A stretch of 64,000 nt of DNA, taken from Phoronis australis. Lineage: Eukaryota; Animalia; Phoronida. Made by a program: the position numbers and the translations under genes. Below the pieces are notes generated by a model. It made no database searches, was not told where the DNA came from, and saw only the letters and a program-made list of their open reading frames with translations. This document shows, piece by piece, positions 1 through 10,800 of this stretch; the first letter of the stretch is position 1; each line of letters opens with the position of its first letter. The stretch spans positions 281,330 to 345,329 of the forward strand of contig NMRA01000098.1 of assembly GCA_002633005.1 (NCBI GenBank). Reading direction: 5' to 3'.

Positions 1-2
1 CG

Positions 3-512
3 AGCAAAGCGTAACCTACGCTTTTTGCGAATTACACGGCAACTGTGGGAAGGACCATATTGTCCAAACCGTTGACAAGGGGTGTATGAATTTTCACGTG
101 ATTTCTTGCTTTAAAAGGATTCAAAACGTTAATTTGATGATTTCAACCAATCCTCGTTCTCTAACTTGCTGTTGCATTATTGGCGTCAATCTTGAAAGAT
201 AAAGCAGGAATCAACAATGAATTGGTGGGTGGTATTTTCCTACAGATACCGCGTAACTCGCTAAAAGCGTAGGTCACGCTTGCCCGTTTAGCAGAATTTG
301 TAAGGGGTTTTCTGATTTTTATCAAACTGTAGAAGGTTGTCGAGCATTATTTCGTATTAGAGAACTGAATGGAAAAGTCGTTTTTAGTATCTTTCAATAG
401 GATAAAACCGGGTTTGGTATACTTTTAACTTGGAAGATTGACGCCAGTGATGCAGTAGCAGGTGAGAGAACGAGAATTGATGGAAATTATCACAGGGTTT
501 ACTATCCTTTTA
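3..512. repeat. Inverted-repeat element family (related copy at ~48868-49060)
   Basis: 3-57 is inverted at 232-285; ~105-197 is inverted at ~430-512. Confidence 0.6.
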
Positions 513-761
513 AAGGAAAACCTCAATTACTCGATTTTATATGCTATGGTCACATGTTAGTGGAATCTTTATACAAATACATTATTCAAATCATTGTTAA
601 TGTACAACCTTTGCCCTAACGGTCTGTGGAAGGTGAACCCGACTTCGCGGCCCCCAGTTTCGTGGCTAATAATTACAAGCATATTATTTCTTTGGCTCAC
701 TATTATAGTCTTTTCGTGAATGGAGGTTTAGTTTCCAACTCAAGCTGCTTCATATTCGTGC

Positions 762-877
762 CAGTCCCGGCGGCCGCGAGGGACCTTATCGGGTTCCAAG
801 CCACTGGTCAAGATAACGAGTCAGTCCGGCCGCGACGGGCCTGATCGGGTTCCGAGCCACTGGCCGGGATAACAAGC
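762..877 (+). repeat. Two-copy GC-rich tandem repeat (~58 bp)
   Basis: CAGTC..GGCCGCGA..CCT.ATCGGGTTCC.AGCCACTGG...GATAAC occurs twice. Confidence 0.7.
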
Positions 878-1801
878 GTTTTGTGTGTTTAGAACTCAAA
901 AAATTACAAGTCTAAACAACAGAGATCTAGGTTTCCTTGTCTGTATTTCACGGAAGAATACTTCGAATTTATCTCCGAACAGACCCAAACTCCTGCTACG
1001 GACCTTGGAAAAATTCAGTGGCCTGCCGAACTTTGTATGCTAGGGTGTATCCAAATACCAGTAAATCCGTAACAGCGAAATAAACAACACGTTTTTACAA
1101 GAACTCGGTGTATTTTTAAGGGTTTTACATCGAAGTTTAATGATTAATTGGGAGTTAAACGATGAATTCAAGCGATAAGCTGACACCAGTAACCCGTGTT
1201 TTGAACTGCTGAGCAGACTGCGTGTGAAACCAATGACGTCATTGGATAACTTCAACACCTCCGTCTTCCGTCAGGTAACGCAATCGAACGTGCCGTTATC
1301 GAGTAGAGCTTCTCGATCTAAATTGATACAAAATAGGTTGTTTTTTGGGTGGCATGCTCCTTTAAGACGCCCTTTTCCTTCAATGGTTGGTGACTTACAA
1401 TAGAATTAGTCTTTTGGGTTAGCATCGCTTGTGTTGTAGGAAATCCTCCGCGTGCTCTTCCTGATAATCTGAATACTCACTACTCAAAAAACAACTTAGA
1501 CGGAAAACTTAGAGCAATAACAAAAAAAGTAGGAAATATTAGGAATTTCAGAAAAAAGTAGGAACGCTTGAAAGCCTGATGAATATCTCCAAAATTTCGT
1601 TTCTCCCGAGTTTTTGCAGTGTTGGCTTGCATACTAAAAGACACATTTCACATTTTCTAATCAACATGAACACTGATCAAGTTCACTGGATTGACTTTTT
1701 ATTAAAACTGGAGGATTAAAGTCCCATAGTAAATCCAGATTGATCAATCGCTCATTTTTCAAGTACAATACAAGTGAATAGTTCTTTTGGGAAGTCTTGG
1801 T

Positions 1802-1817
1802 GGCCCTTAAAAGGGCC
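1802..1817 (-). promoter_or_regulatory. Histone mRNA 3' stem-loop of H2A
   Basis: Minus strand reads AAC-GGCCCTTTTAAGGGCC-ACCA, followed by a purine-rich CAAAAGAA putative U7/HDE element. Confidence 0.95.
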
Positions 1818-1842
1818 GTTGTGGTTTTGTGTTCCAAGCAAT

Positions 1843-2229
1843 TTATTTAGCCTTCTCGGCCTTTGCTTGCGTTTTCTTTGGGAGAAGAACAGACTGGATA
1901 TTGGGCAGTACACCACCTTGAGAGATGGTGACGCCAGACAGTAACTTGTTCAGCTCCTCATCATTGCGAACGGCTAGCTGCAAATGTCTTGGAATGATTC
2001 TCGACTTCTTGTTGTCACGAGCAGCATTCCCTGCCAACTCTAGAATTTCTGCCGCCAGATATTCCATCACAGCTGCCAGGTAAACGGGCGCTCCGCTGGC
2101 GATACGTTGGGCGTAGTTACCTTTGCGGAGATGTCGATGGATTCTTCCAACAGGGAACTGGAGACCAGCCCGTGAAGAACGCGACTTGGCTTTGCTTCGC
2201 TGCTTTCCACCCTTTCCTCTGCCTGACAT
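1843..2229 (-). CDS. H2A: Histone H2A, intronless, 128 aa (MSGRGKGGK...[14 protein letters not shown])
   Basis: Canonical H2A fold ([33 protein letters not shown]); ATG at 2229-2227, TAA at 1845-1843. The longer start in the ORF track is a non-ATG artefact. Confidence 0.98.
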   Translation of the reverse strand: MSGRGKGGKQRSKAKSRSSRAGLQFPVGRIHRHLRKGNYAQRIASGAPVYLAAVMEYLAAEILELAGNAARDNKKSRIIPRHLQLAVRNDEELNKLLSGVTISQGGVLPNIQSVLLPKKTQAKAEKAK

Positions 2230-2679
2230 TATTTTACTCCTAATAACGTTACTAGCTATCACTGGAAATGGAATGATAGCAATAAAGGCATGACAGCGGG
2301 TATTTATACCACGATAAGGATCCAAAAGAATTTCCGCGCGAGTGACAAAGCAACCAATAATACTTTGGCATGTAGCAAATCAGTCTCAAGATTGGATGGT
2401 TTTAATGCACGCGCGATTGTCTTTTTTAATTCCTAGATCCAAGTACAAAAAACTGCGTGCGAGCGCACGTTTGGATTCTCTCACTGTGATTGGCTATGGT
2501 TTTGTTGGCACTATCCAATGAAATCAATTGAACAGTAAAAGTAGTTTTTCATAAGTTATAATATAGCACGTGCACTTTTGTTTGGCAATCCTATCAATTT
2601 GCACTGTCATGCTATAAAATGATCGCAGATTTATGTTTCCACAGTCTCTTCTGATTGAGGTAGTTCTGTGAGAGAAAGC
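2230..2679. promoter_or_regulatory. Bidirectional H2A/H2B promoter
   Basis: TATAAATA on minus strand at 2301-2308 (H2A); TATAAAA at 2613-2619 (H2B); several CCAAT/ATTGG boxes; octamer-like ATTTGCAC at 2597-2604 next to the H2B TATA, as in known H2B promoters. Confidence 0.8.
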
Positions 2680-3048
2680 ATGCCGGCTGCAGGTTCTAAA
2701 GGTGCAAAGAAGGCGGTGAAGGCAAAGGCTCCAAATGCTGGAGATAAAAAGAAACGAAAGAGGACGAGGAAGGAAAGTTACGGCATTTATATTTACAAAG
2801 TTCTGAAACAAGTTCATCCAGACACCGGCGTTTCCAGCAAAGCTATGAGCATCATGAACAGTTTCGTCAATGACATCTTCGAACGTCTCGCCGGTGAGGC
2901 ATCTCGCCTCGCTCACTACAACAAGCGTTCAACCATCACTAGCCGGGAGATTCAGACTGCTGTCCGTCTCTTGTTGCCAGGTGAACTTGCGAAGCATGCT
3001 GTGAGTGAAGGCACTAAAGCCGTCACTAAATACACTAGTTCCAAGTAA
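2680..3048 (+). CDS. H2B: Histone H2B, intronless, 122 aa
   Basis: [21 protein letters not shown]...[18 protein letters not shown]; ATG at 2680, TAA at 3046-3048. Confidence 0.98.
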   Translation: MPAAGSKGAKKAVKAKAPNAGDKKKRKRTRKESYGIYIYKVLKQVHPDTGVSSKAMSIMNSFVNDIFERLAGEASRLAHYNKRSTITSREIQTAVRLLLPGELAKHAVSEGTKAVTKYTSSK

Positions 3049-3071
3049 AATGCTAGTTTTTATAACCCAAC

Positions 3072-3087
3072 GGCCCTTTTAAGGGCC
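3072..3087 (+). promoter_or_regulatory. Histone mRNA 3' stem-loop of H2B
   Basis: CCCAAC-GGCCCTTTTAAGGGCC-ACC, followed by purine-rich CAAAAGGGG about 12 nt downstream. Confidence 0.95.
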
Positions 3088-3178
3088 ACCTACTTAATCC
3101 AAAAGGGGCTGTTCGCTTATAGCTACATGCAGTACTGAGAAGACCATTCAGTAAACTAACCCAAAATTTTGCCAGTCG

Positions 3179-4310
3179 ACCACAGGCGTCCTCGGCTTCT
3201 GAACGTCCCCAATACATATAATAGGCTACTACAAGGTATGACATTCGGGAAGGAATTCCACGGATGCTTCACTTCAGCCGTCCATATCAAACTCAAAACT
3301 CGATAAATTTACACAAAACAGGGTTTCCAGAAACGATTAGTAATTGTTCTTCTAATACCATTAACGGTGTCCTGCTCCAGCGAGATCGCCACAAATTCGC
3401 GGTCAAATCACAAAAATGTTCCCAAACAGCCCATCCATAGGCGTCCTCAGCTTCTGATCGTCCCCAATATGTAGTGTATTGGGGACGATCAGAAGCTGAG
3501 GATGCCTCTCGCTGGTTCCCTGCGTGCTTAGCCCAGCCAGCACGCAAACGCGACCCAGTCGCAAAATTACTTTTTTTACTCTCGCGACATCTAGCGCCCA
3601 GATAGCGTTTTGATGACGTGCGCGTTAATAGAATGACCCGAGTCTTCACAAGTGGAGGAGTATTTTATATAGGAAGTAAACACTTGCGGAGGTCGGCTTT
3701 GTTTTTGTTTTCAAATTACACTGCAGTTGTATTCTTTGATAATTTGTAAAGGTGTAAACAAAAATACTCCAAGTATATGGCCTTTGTGCTTATGATATAC
3801 CTCGCATTTTGCCTAATATAACTTTTGACATAAGTAATTGGCTTGTAAAATGCACACTATCTATTCATCAGAGTCTTACACAGTCGGTCACAAAGCCGAT
3901 GTTATGTTTATTTGACGCCGCATGGTTGTCAATACTTGCATTTGAAGGCAACATGTTCATCTGATCAGATTTTGAATTTGTCAATGCCCAAATAACATGC
4001 AGTGCTGCGAACACAAACCAATTTGCAAGTGTGAGGAACTGGCCGTACTAATCAGTGGCGGATCTAGGATACCATTAAGGGGTGTNCGAATTTCTTGCGA
4101 ACTCGTTGGAGCACGACACATTGAATGGTACTATAAGAAAGAACAATTTCTCATGGTTTGTTGAACTCCTTTTTTGTGTAAATTTATTGAGTTATGTGTT
4201 TGATATGGACGGCTGAATCGCAGAACCCGTGGAATTTCTAGTCCCGAGTGTCATACCTTGTAGTATTATATGTAGTGTAGTGGGGACGATCAGCTGAGGA
4301 CGCCTGTGGT
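3179..4310. mobile_element. Non-autonomous DNA transposon with ~110-bp terminal inverted repeats
   Basis: 3179-3292 (ACCACAGGCGTCCTC...CCATATCAAAC) is the reverse complement of 4198-4310; no TSD recognised. Confidence 0.7.
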
Positions 4311-4570
4311 TTTTAACTTAAACGGCTGTAACGGGCAATTAGGTGAGTGTTGCACCCCGTCCGGTAACGGGCAATTAGGTGAGTGTTGCACCCCGTCCGG
4401 TCTTTAGCTCTACATGCTGACACAGGTTTCACGGCGAGTTGACGAGCAGAACTACCCTGGCTATGTGCAATTTTCGAGGTCTATGGAAGAAAACCTCACA
4501 GTGGTACCCAGATGTATTTTGACGATAGTCTTCATACACTAGCTGGCTGACTAGGAGTGTCTAGATCTAG
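4311..4570 (+). repeat. Local dispersed repeat; copies at 5630-5890 (+), 34995-35215 (-) and 37870-37945 (+, partial); internal perfect 36-bp tandem duplication at 4328-4399
   Basis: Shared GGTACC.AGATGTATTTTGACGA.AGTCT and GACGAGCAGAACTAC blocks. Confidence 0.75.
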
Positions 4571-7111
4571 AACAAATGGATATTTCTACCCCCGCCAATT
4601 TTAGCGCATTATTCCTTGCCAGCGATCGTAATTCCCACGCCGCCCCTTGTTTTGTATACACAATCTATCGATACACACTTAAATGGGCTGTCTCACTTAT
4701 ACTTTTTAATTCACTTGTCCGTTTTATTTGTGGCCGGGAACTGGGAAGTACATGAACAGGAAATACTGTTGGTAAGTAGAGCAGGCCTGTGTGCAATACT
4801 GAGAAGACTTGTGTCCTTGAGTCGCGATCACCTCCCTAGGAACTATTTCTCGTAGTCACTCACCACTTTCACGCAGGGCTTATCCTATTACAGGGCTGTA
4901 GAAAGCGCGGGGCACGTGCCCCCCAAAATTCGCAGGCGTCAGGGTTAAACTGTGGCAACTGACACAGGCGTAGGGCCGGTGACACGAGTCGAGAAAAGAC
5001 TGCGAAATACGGACGAGATAGAAATTTCAAGAGAACATTTGACAATTCAGTATTAATGTATGGTTTCCACTTTAGGGCTCTGGCCAGGACATCATTGGAT
5101 CTCCGTTTGTGCAGCACAGGTCATTTAATCATTCATTCATACATTTCGAAAAATCGAGAAAATTTGTAAAGCGAAGCTTTTGCGGAGCGTATTAATTCAC
5201 TGGATTTTTAAATTCAATAAGACAAAACTATATTTTTCCAGAGGCCCCTTTCTGGCAAGGGATAACGGAGTCAACTGTCGCTCTATTTTTTCACGTCAAA
5301 AATCTGCGAACTTGCCTGCTGAAATTGCTTATAATATACCGTTTTGATAAACATATTCGTTGATTTAAAACGCATGCCCACGTATCTACGAAACTCGACA
5401 GATTCATAAATAATCTTTTACCATTAGAAGGTAATTTTGTAAGAATTGATGATGTTTCAGTGAATTTAGTTGGAGCCTGAAGTTGGGAAAAATCTATTAT
5501 CCGATCCCCAAAGAGTAAAATACACTTGGACGACTTATTGCCTATATAAAATAATTCTCAAAAGTATACTCACAATTCAGAAAACGACGCGCATGTCACT
5601 AGTGTTAACATTCTTTCGGAAATTATTTATCACTTAAACAGATGTAACTGGCAAGGTGATAGTCGGTTGACTCCCAGATTTTGCATGCAGCCCCGCTGGT
5701 CTTATAGCTATACATGCTGATACAAGTTTCACGGCAAGGTGACGAGCAGAACTACACGGGCTGTGTGTAATTTCGAGGTCTGTTGGGAGCTCAGCATGTG
5801 CACAATGGTACCTAGATGTATTTTGACGACAGTCTGTGCATACAAGTAGCTGGCTGGCTACTCGTGAGTGCACTGGCTCTAGACAGATTCTTACTCTTCC
5901 GGAAACTTTGTTGGTTCACGGTTAGTTAAATCCTGATGGCTGCATCCCAAGGATTGCCCTCCCTCCACCTATGGCGGACGTGGAGGATTCGTTACAAATA
6001 TGGCGGCATCCAGAAGAAAAGGAGTGGGTGAGGGGACTGAGATGGTGGCAATAGGAAGGGAGGGGTAGTTTGGCGAAGTCGAATTGGTTTGTGCACAACC
6101 CCAATAATTTTTGCCTTCCTACAGGCCTGCTTCATTAGCGTCATGGCTCAGCAATATATCTCTATGTTGACAGCATGTACGCACGCGATATCTGGTTGCG
6201 AAGTATTTATGTTCTTGCTTTTCTCGCAAGAGCCTAGGTCTATGGAACGCACGCAAGGTCTCAAGCAACAGCCAACCACCAATTCCTCTAAGTCCAGAAA
6301 TCATTTCAAATCTGAATTAGGAATAGTAACGGTAAGTGATTTAAGTCAAATGTTATTTTTTACAGAATTGAAGTTCATAGTTTTATTATCAATAACTAGG
6401 ACCTAAATCGATATTTTCAAGCGCAGTTGCCTTTGGAAGGTCAAATAGCAAATATTTGGAATTTCATAGCATCCGTTCACGCATCAATGTTCAAAATTGA
6501 AAATGCACATTCGGCATCATATCAGAACTTTCAGTGTTTCTTGACTGTTACAGCTAGTAATTTTCACAGTTACTGGAGTAGGGGATTTATATTTTCAACA
6601 TATGATGAATTTGGGTATTGCGGAATGCAGATATATGATAATAATCGTTCAGTTTTAGCGACCCAATCGAGCCTGCCTGAATTAAGGAGTGTACGCCTAC
6701 AATTCTTGCCCGAATGCTCAGAATCATGGGCGGAGTTTGTATGTCATTTGGTTGAACTACAAGTAAGTGAACGCGGCTTTATCGAGTTCACTGATGCATT
6801 AAATTGTAGTCTCTGTCTGTTATGCTTGCAAATACATGTACAAACTCTCGTCGGCTTACGCCTTGCTTACATTTTAGTTTATTTCAGATTCCATCCACAA
6901 GTCCTATGTATGAGTGAATGTTAACTTTTACAAAAATGGCGGTAACGCTAAAACGCTCGGTAGTATTCGGCCGATCGCGGAAATAACTGAAAGTGCACTT
7001 AGGTCATTGGGCGGAGCTAAATCATCGACAGAAATAGAAGAGATAGACGGAGGAATGTGGTTGGTGAAAAAAAACTGTACAAAGGCGTGTCTTTGAATTT
7101 ATTCTGATTAC

Positions 7112-7330
7112 CATGCGCGCACCCAGCCTTCAATATGGGGGGACTCGAATTTCTAAGGTTGTGGACCTTTTGGTAACAAAATAGCCGGCGGACTAAAAAA
7201 AAGAAAGAAGGAAAAAAACGGGCCCACACTGTGACTTGCGCGTTTTGTGCTTGTTTAGTGGACTTTTGTCTCATTTTCTCGGACATTTTGTTTCTTGCAA
7301 GCGGACCTTCTTGCCCCCCCCCCCCGGGNG
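7112..7330. mobile_element. MITE (CATGCGCGCACCCAG TIR family), specific to copy A
   Basis: Absent at the homologous copy B site (~38852); ATTAC/ATTCC flanks; same family as 62263-62517. Confidence 0.75.
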
Positions 7331-7706
7331 ATTCCTATAAAATGCTAAGCGAAAGCTGCGATATCAAAGGATGCATCTATCAAAAAATGTAAAATTTTGA
7401 GGTTTTGAGGATTACAATTACGTTAAATAAATCCTTTGGGCTACGCAAATTTATTATGATAAAAATACCAAAAATAAGCTTTATTAAAAGAACTGCTGGT
7501 GTTAATAAACTTGCTCATACAGTGACGTTAGGCAACAAAACCACCTTCTCGTAAAACCCGACTTAGATTGCTAGGCTCAGCTTCCTTCCTAGCGAACAGC
7601 GCTGGGGTATTTGGCTCACAGACCACACTTTTGCTCTCATGAACTGTATTGTCTTCGTAAAGGTCAGTATGACATTGACAATATCTTCGGTGAGAGTTTA
7701 TCTCTG

Positions 7707-7815
7707 TTATATCGCTTCATCTTCTGTGTCTTGCTTCATCAGAGGCGCTTCTGTTTTGGACGGCTTTCCATGCAGACCTACATACTTTTCGTAGAAAACT
7801 CGCTTATACTCGACA
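7707..7815 (-). CDS. SLC22: SLC22 copy A exon 10 (terminal)
   Basis: [11 protein letters not shown]...DTEDEAI*; frame conserved in copy B; AATAAA on the minus strand at 7480-7485. Confidence 0.8.
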
Positions 7816-10800
7816 CTGAAACAAAATACATTTGGTATCAAACACTACTGGATTTCACTAGTTTTGTGCCCTCTTAGTAAGCCAACTTTGAACGTTGCGA
7901 TTATTCGAGAACATAAAACTAGTACCCAAAATATATTCGAAAATGCTTTTGATCTATATCACTACACGGTATATACAAATTTTATACTCGATCGAACTTA
8001 CGTTCCGAAACTTTCTCCGTCGGACAAGGTTTCCGGGATGCGGGCCCGGTTGGTTTCTGGTAGAATCAACGCCAGACCTCCAGCCACAACAGACAGTGAT
8101 CCCATGAGTAGGGACGAGAGACAAAACCATACATACTTATCCTAGATTCAACAGACAAATGATAGAATCATAAGAGATGAAGTATTATAAAGCTGCTAGG
8201 TTATCCTCCTTCTGTAAAAAGTAACTTTAATTTAGGCCTCTCATCATGATCAAACTGATATGGATTTGACCCTCACTCAGACTAGACGTGATCCCTCGTT
8301 TGACAAAGAAAAAAGGTAGTTGAAGCTACGATCGACGCGTAAAATGCCACCTTCCCTCGACAAGCCAACTTTTGGATCTGCGTCGCGCAGTAAAGCAGGT
8401 TTCTTTGACAGGAAAGTGAAATCACACAAATGTTCATGAGATTTCAACATGCATTGCAAGCGAAGTACGTAATTAATCACTTAAGCTTGTTTCGCAAGTG
8501 TTTTACGTTTACTGGACGCGTCCTGGCTTTACTTCGTTACTTCGAATTCGTTGATAATGTTTAACGTGGCTTACCAGATGTATAAGCTGAGGTGCAAGGA
8601 GGCTTCCCACACGAGCGCACGTGGAACCCGAACCAACAGCCACGTTGCGAACCACAGTGGGGAATAACTCGGCTGTGAACACGTAGACTATAGCAAAAGA
8701 TGCACTACTCCCGAACTTCCCTATATTCGACAGCGCGATTACAAGACCTTGTAGCCCTGAAATCATGAAATGATAAGAACTAGTAAAACTTATAAAACAA
8801 AATATGTAAGCCAGCATCTAGCTTGGAGGAGTCAACGAGCTCCATTCGGTCCATGGTAAAATCGTATAAGTCAGCAATTTGGCGAATTAAACAGTTTTAC
8901 AATAATAAAACGTTTTCAAGTACGGCCCTATTGCAGCTTCAGAGACTTGCAAATTCCTACACTCAATGAAAAACACGAAAATGTGCCTGGTTTCCAAAAC
9001 GAGGTCATGTGCTTTCTAATCTCCTGGACAAAGGAGAGTTCTGTCGCCGTGTAATCCAGGACGGCCATATTCTGACTAATCTAGAAAGGCGACTTCCATC
9101 TATGGGCAACCGTTTAAAAATCGTAAGAGGCTGCCTAAAAAGAGATTTAATTCTCTACCTGGGTTCTTAAGACCAGGTATAGAACCTAGCAAAGAGATCC
9201 CTGCCAGCAAAGACATTAGTAACAGAATCCACCGGCGGCCAAACCGGTTGAGAACGAAACACATAACAATGTATGCTGGGATTCCCATGGAAGCGTTGAT
9301 TACAGTATTGACGTATATGTTTCCATGGAGAGATCCTGTGTTGTAGGATAAACCGTAGTAGACAAAACTCGTTACAAACCTGTAAAACATAAACAAACCA
9401 TGTATATGAGCAAGAGCGTTTGTTGAGCGTTTTTGCGCTCGAAAGGTAATACTCCACCCCTATACTACCTTCACTGCACAGTACTGTAGGCCTATACATT
9501 ACACATGCATACACAGTTTTATGAACAGTCACCTTTCAGGTATGTTCAGGAAAATCTAACAAAGTTGCTTAAACTGTTAGAGTTCTTTCCATCTTAAAAC
9601 ATTATTTTCCTAAACAAGCACTCTTGAGGATATTTAATGCTCTGGTACTGCCACATCTACATTTTGACGTAACACTGGCGCGGTTTAATAATTGTACGAG
9701 AGGCTTAATACTTTACAGAAAAAATTAGAGTCATTTTTCTCACGCAGAACTAGTTTGTAGGAGAATAGAATTCTTCTTCTTGACAACACTCTGAACCAAG
9801 AATTTTTAAAAGCCTTATTTCAAGAATAACCATCTACCATAGAATTATAACGACTTTTTACAATTTCACCAACCACTATGAGACCTTCCTTGAATATGCA
9901 CACTCACAATAGCAAAATTCATTAATGATTAAAACACCCCATTTCAGTAAAAACTGTATTTCCTCAAATAATGTAACTGACAAAATCGACACAGAGACAG
10001 CTTATACGAATTTGCAATCCACTTAAAACATTGCATGTAACATTCTACACTTAAAATATTCTGTCACTTATCGAGTGGGATTTAATTCCGACAACAGGGC
10101 GTTAGACTGCGACCCCGGAAGATGTACGCTTGATCCCCGCTGGGCTGATCTCAAAACATCAGGTTTCTCGCCAAATGTTCTTTGAGCCCAGGGACTACAT
10201 TTAATATGAGTAAGAAACGGATCGAGACCATTTTTAAAACGGGCAGTGTCTTATTTTAATCAAAAGGAAGCCATCTGACAGCTTTAAGGTGCAAATGTGG
10301 TGGTTGACACCACTGGTTAAGTTATATAATTAGTGCCGCGATCTCCAGCATAATCATTAAGAAAGGAGTTTTGTTCAACTGCAGTTATCCAAACGACTTA
10401 CTTGTAGACCTTTACTTCGAGGGCTTCAGAAAGTGGCCTTTAGTATGAAAGAGCAGGGCTTTTAGGTGGACCTTTGTCAACATGTTTGGACAGTGCATTA
10501 TTTGACATCGATGTTGCAAACAGGCCAGGAAAAAGGATTGCACACCGCCACCACGTTTTCTTTACCATGATTTATTCGTTATTCAATTTCTTGCTTTTGT
10601 TATCAACAGCCTAGCAAAGCTCCACTTCAGTCAGATCACCAGTTTATGATTCAATTCCAAGTGAAAATTTTTTCGTTTTTGTCCGTTATTCTTTACTCAT
10701 TATTCCTTGAACACTTCACAAATTTATGTGCAGCTACATGCTTAATATGCAGTGAAATTTGGCCGTTTTTCAGGAAGAAGCCGGTTTTCTCCCTAAGGGG

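Noticed and set aside
2524-2916. 130-aa minus-strand ORF
   Set aside because: Antisense shadow of H2B.
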